Both the position numbers and the translations under genes were made by a program. A DNA stretch of 53,307 nucleotides, counting the filler, from Sphacelaria rigidula (Eukaryota): the NCBI GenBank assembly GCA_964200075.2. It is 4 parts of 4 records of this genome, joined end to end, with 100 filler letters (N's around TTAATTAATTAA, not from the genome) between each part and the next. Parts side by side here need not be neighbours in the genome. Positions count along the whole stretch, not along the records: positions 40,057 to 53,307 come from CAXNAA020003027.1; 3 more parts are not named here. One strand, 5' to 3'. Below, piece by piece: positions 52,849 to 53,307 of the stretch; within the stretch, counting starts at the first letter, position 1; each line of letters opens with the position of its first letter. Under the pieces are notes generated by a model. That model searched no databases and was not told where the DNA came from. It saw nothing but the letters and a program-made list of their open reading frames with translations.

Positions 52849-53307
52849 GTGTGTTTGCTGTGAAGGAAACTTCGTAGACGGTGAGATTTTGCTCCCGGGT
52901 CGGCGACTTCCTTTTCTGTTGACTTTGATTTTCCGGGCCGCGTGATGATCGAGTAAACTTTCAATTTGCCACGCCGCGTCATGCTCGCGTGTACGTAGTC
53001 AACAACGCACACTATCTGTTGTCTGCGAGAGTAGAAGCGCAGGTCGAGCGGGGTGAACCTGTCCATGTTCGTCTGTCCATGAGTTGCAACACACATATTA
53101 CATGCAAGTGCTTGGACGATTTGATGAAATGTAGAACGTCCTCAACTAATCCCCGATGGACCCAGCCGTGGCTACAAGACAGACGTACTGACGGTAAACG
53201 AAGCGAAAATGCTCGCTAGAGAAAGGGAAAGGGTGTGGGTGTATAGGGGGGGGAGGGGCGTGTGTACTCATGATCTCGCATGCCATAGTCATAACACCAT
53301 TGACCTC

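Overview
Eukaryotic, repeat-rich genomic DNA, most likely from a brown alga (Phaeophyceae). That assignment is inferred from the diagnostic 72-nt LRR exon, the intron style and the repeat types. The window is not one locus: it is four pieces of 13,252/13,252/13,252/13,251 bp joined by artificial 100-bp spacers (N44-TTAATTAATTAA-N44). Piece 1 (1-13252) holds a decayed minus-strand LINE (APE endonuclease + RT), retroposon 3' ends, a TIR element with 43-bp subrepeats and a palindromic tRNA-headed dimer. Piece 2 (13353-26604) holds hAT-like and Harbinger-like MITEs, a tRNA-derived SINE, isolated candidate exons (one TIMP/NTR-like) and two two-spacer minisatellite arrays. Piece 3 (26705-39956) holds decayed ORFs, a second copy of the tRNA-headed dimer and an orphan 72-bp LRR exon. 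Piece 4 (40057-53307) holds ten exons of a highly divergent dynein heavy chain-like gene (AAA3 region); nine of them form a phase-compatible chain, and a decayed WD40-like gene is interleaved antisense in the introns. The best candidates for novelty are the fixed convergent Pol III-headed foldback element, the orphan LRR exon, the G-tract-associated LINE termini and the interleaved WD40 pseudogene. All alignments were made by eye and no database searches were run.
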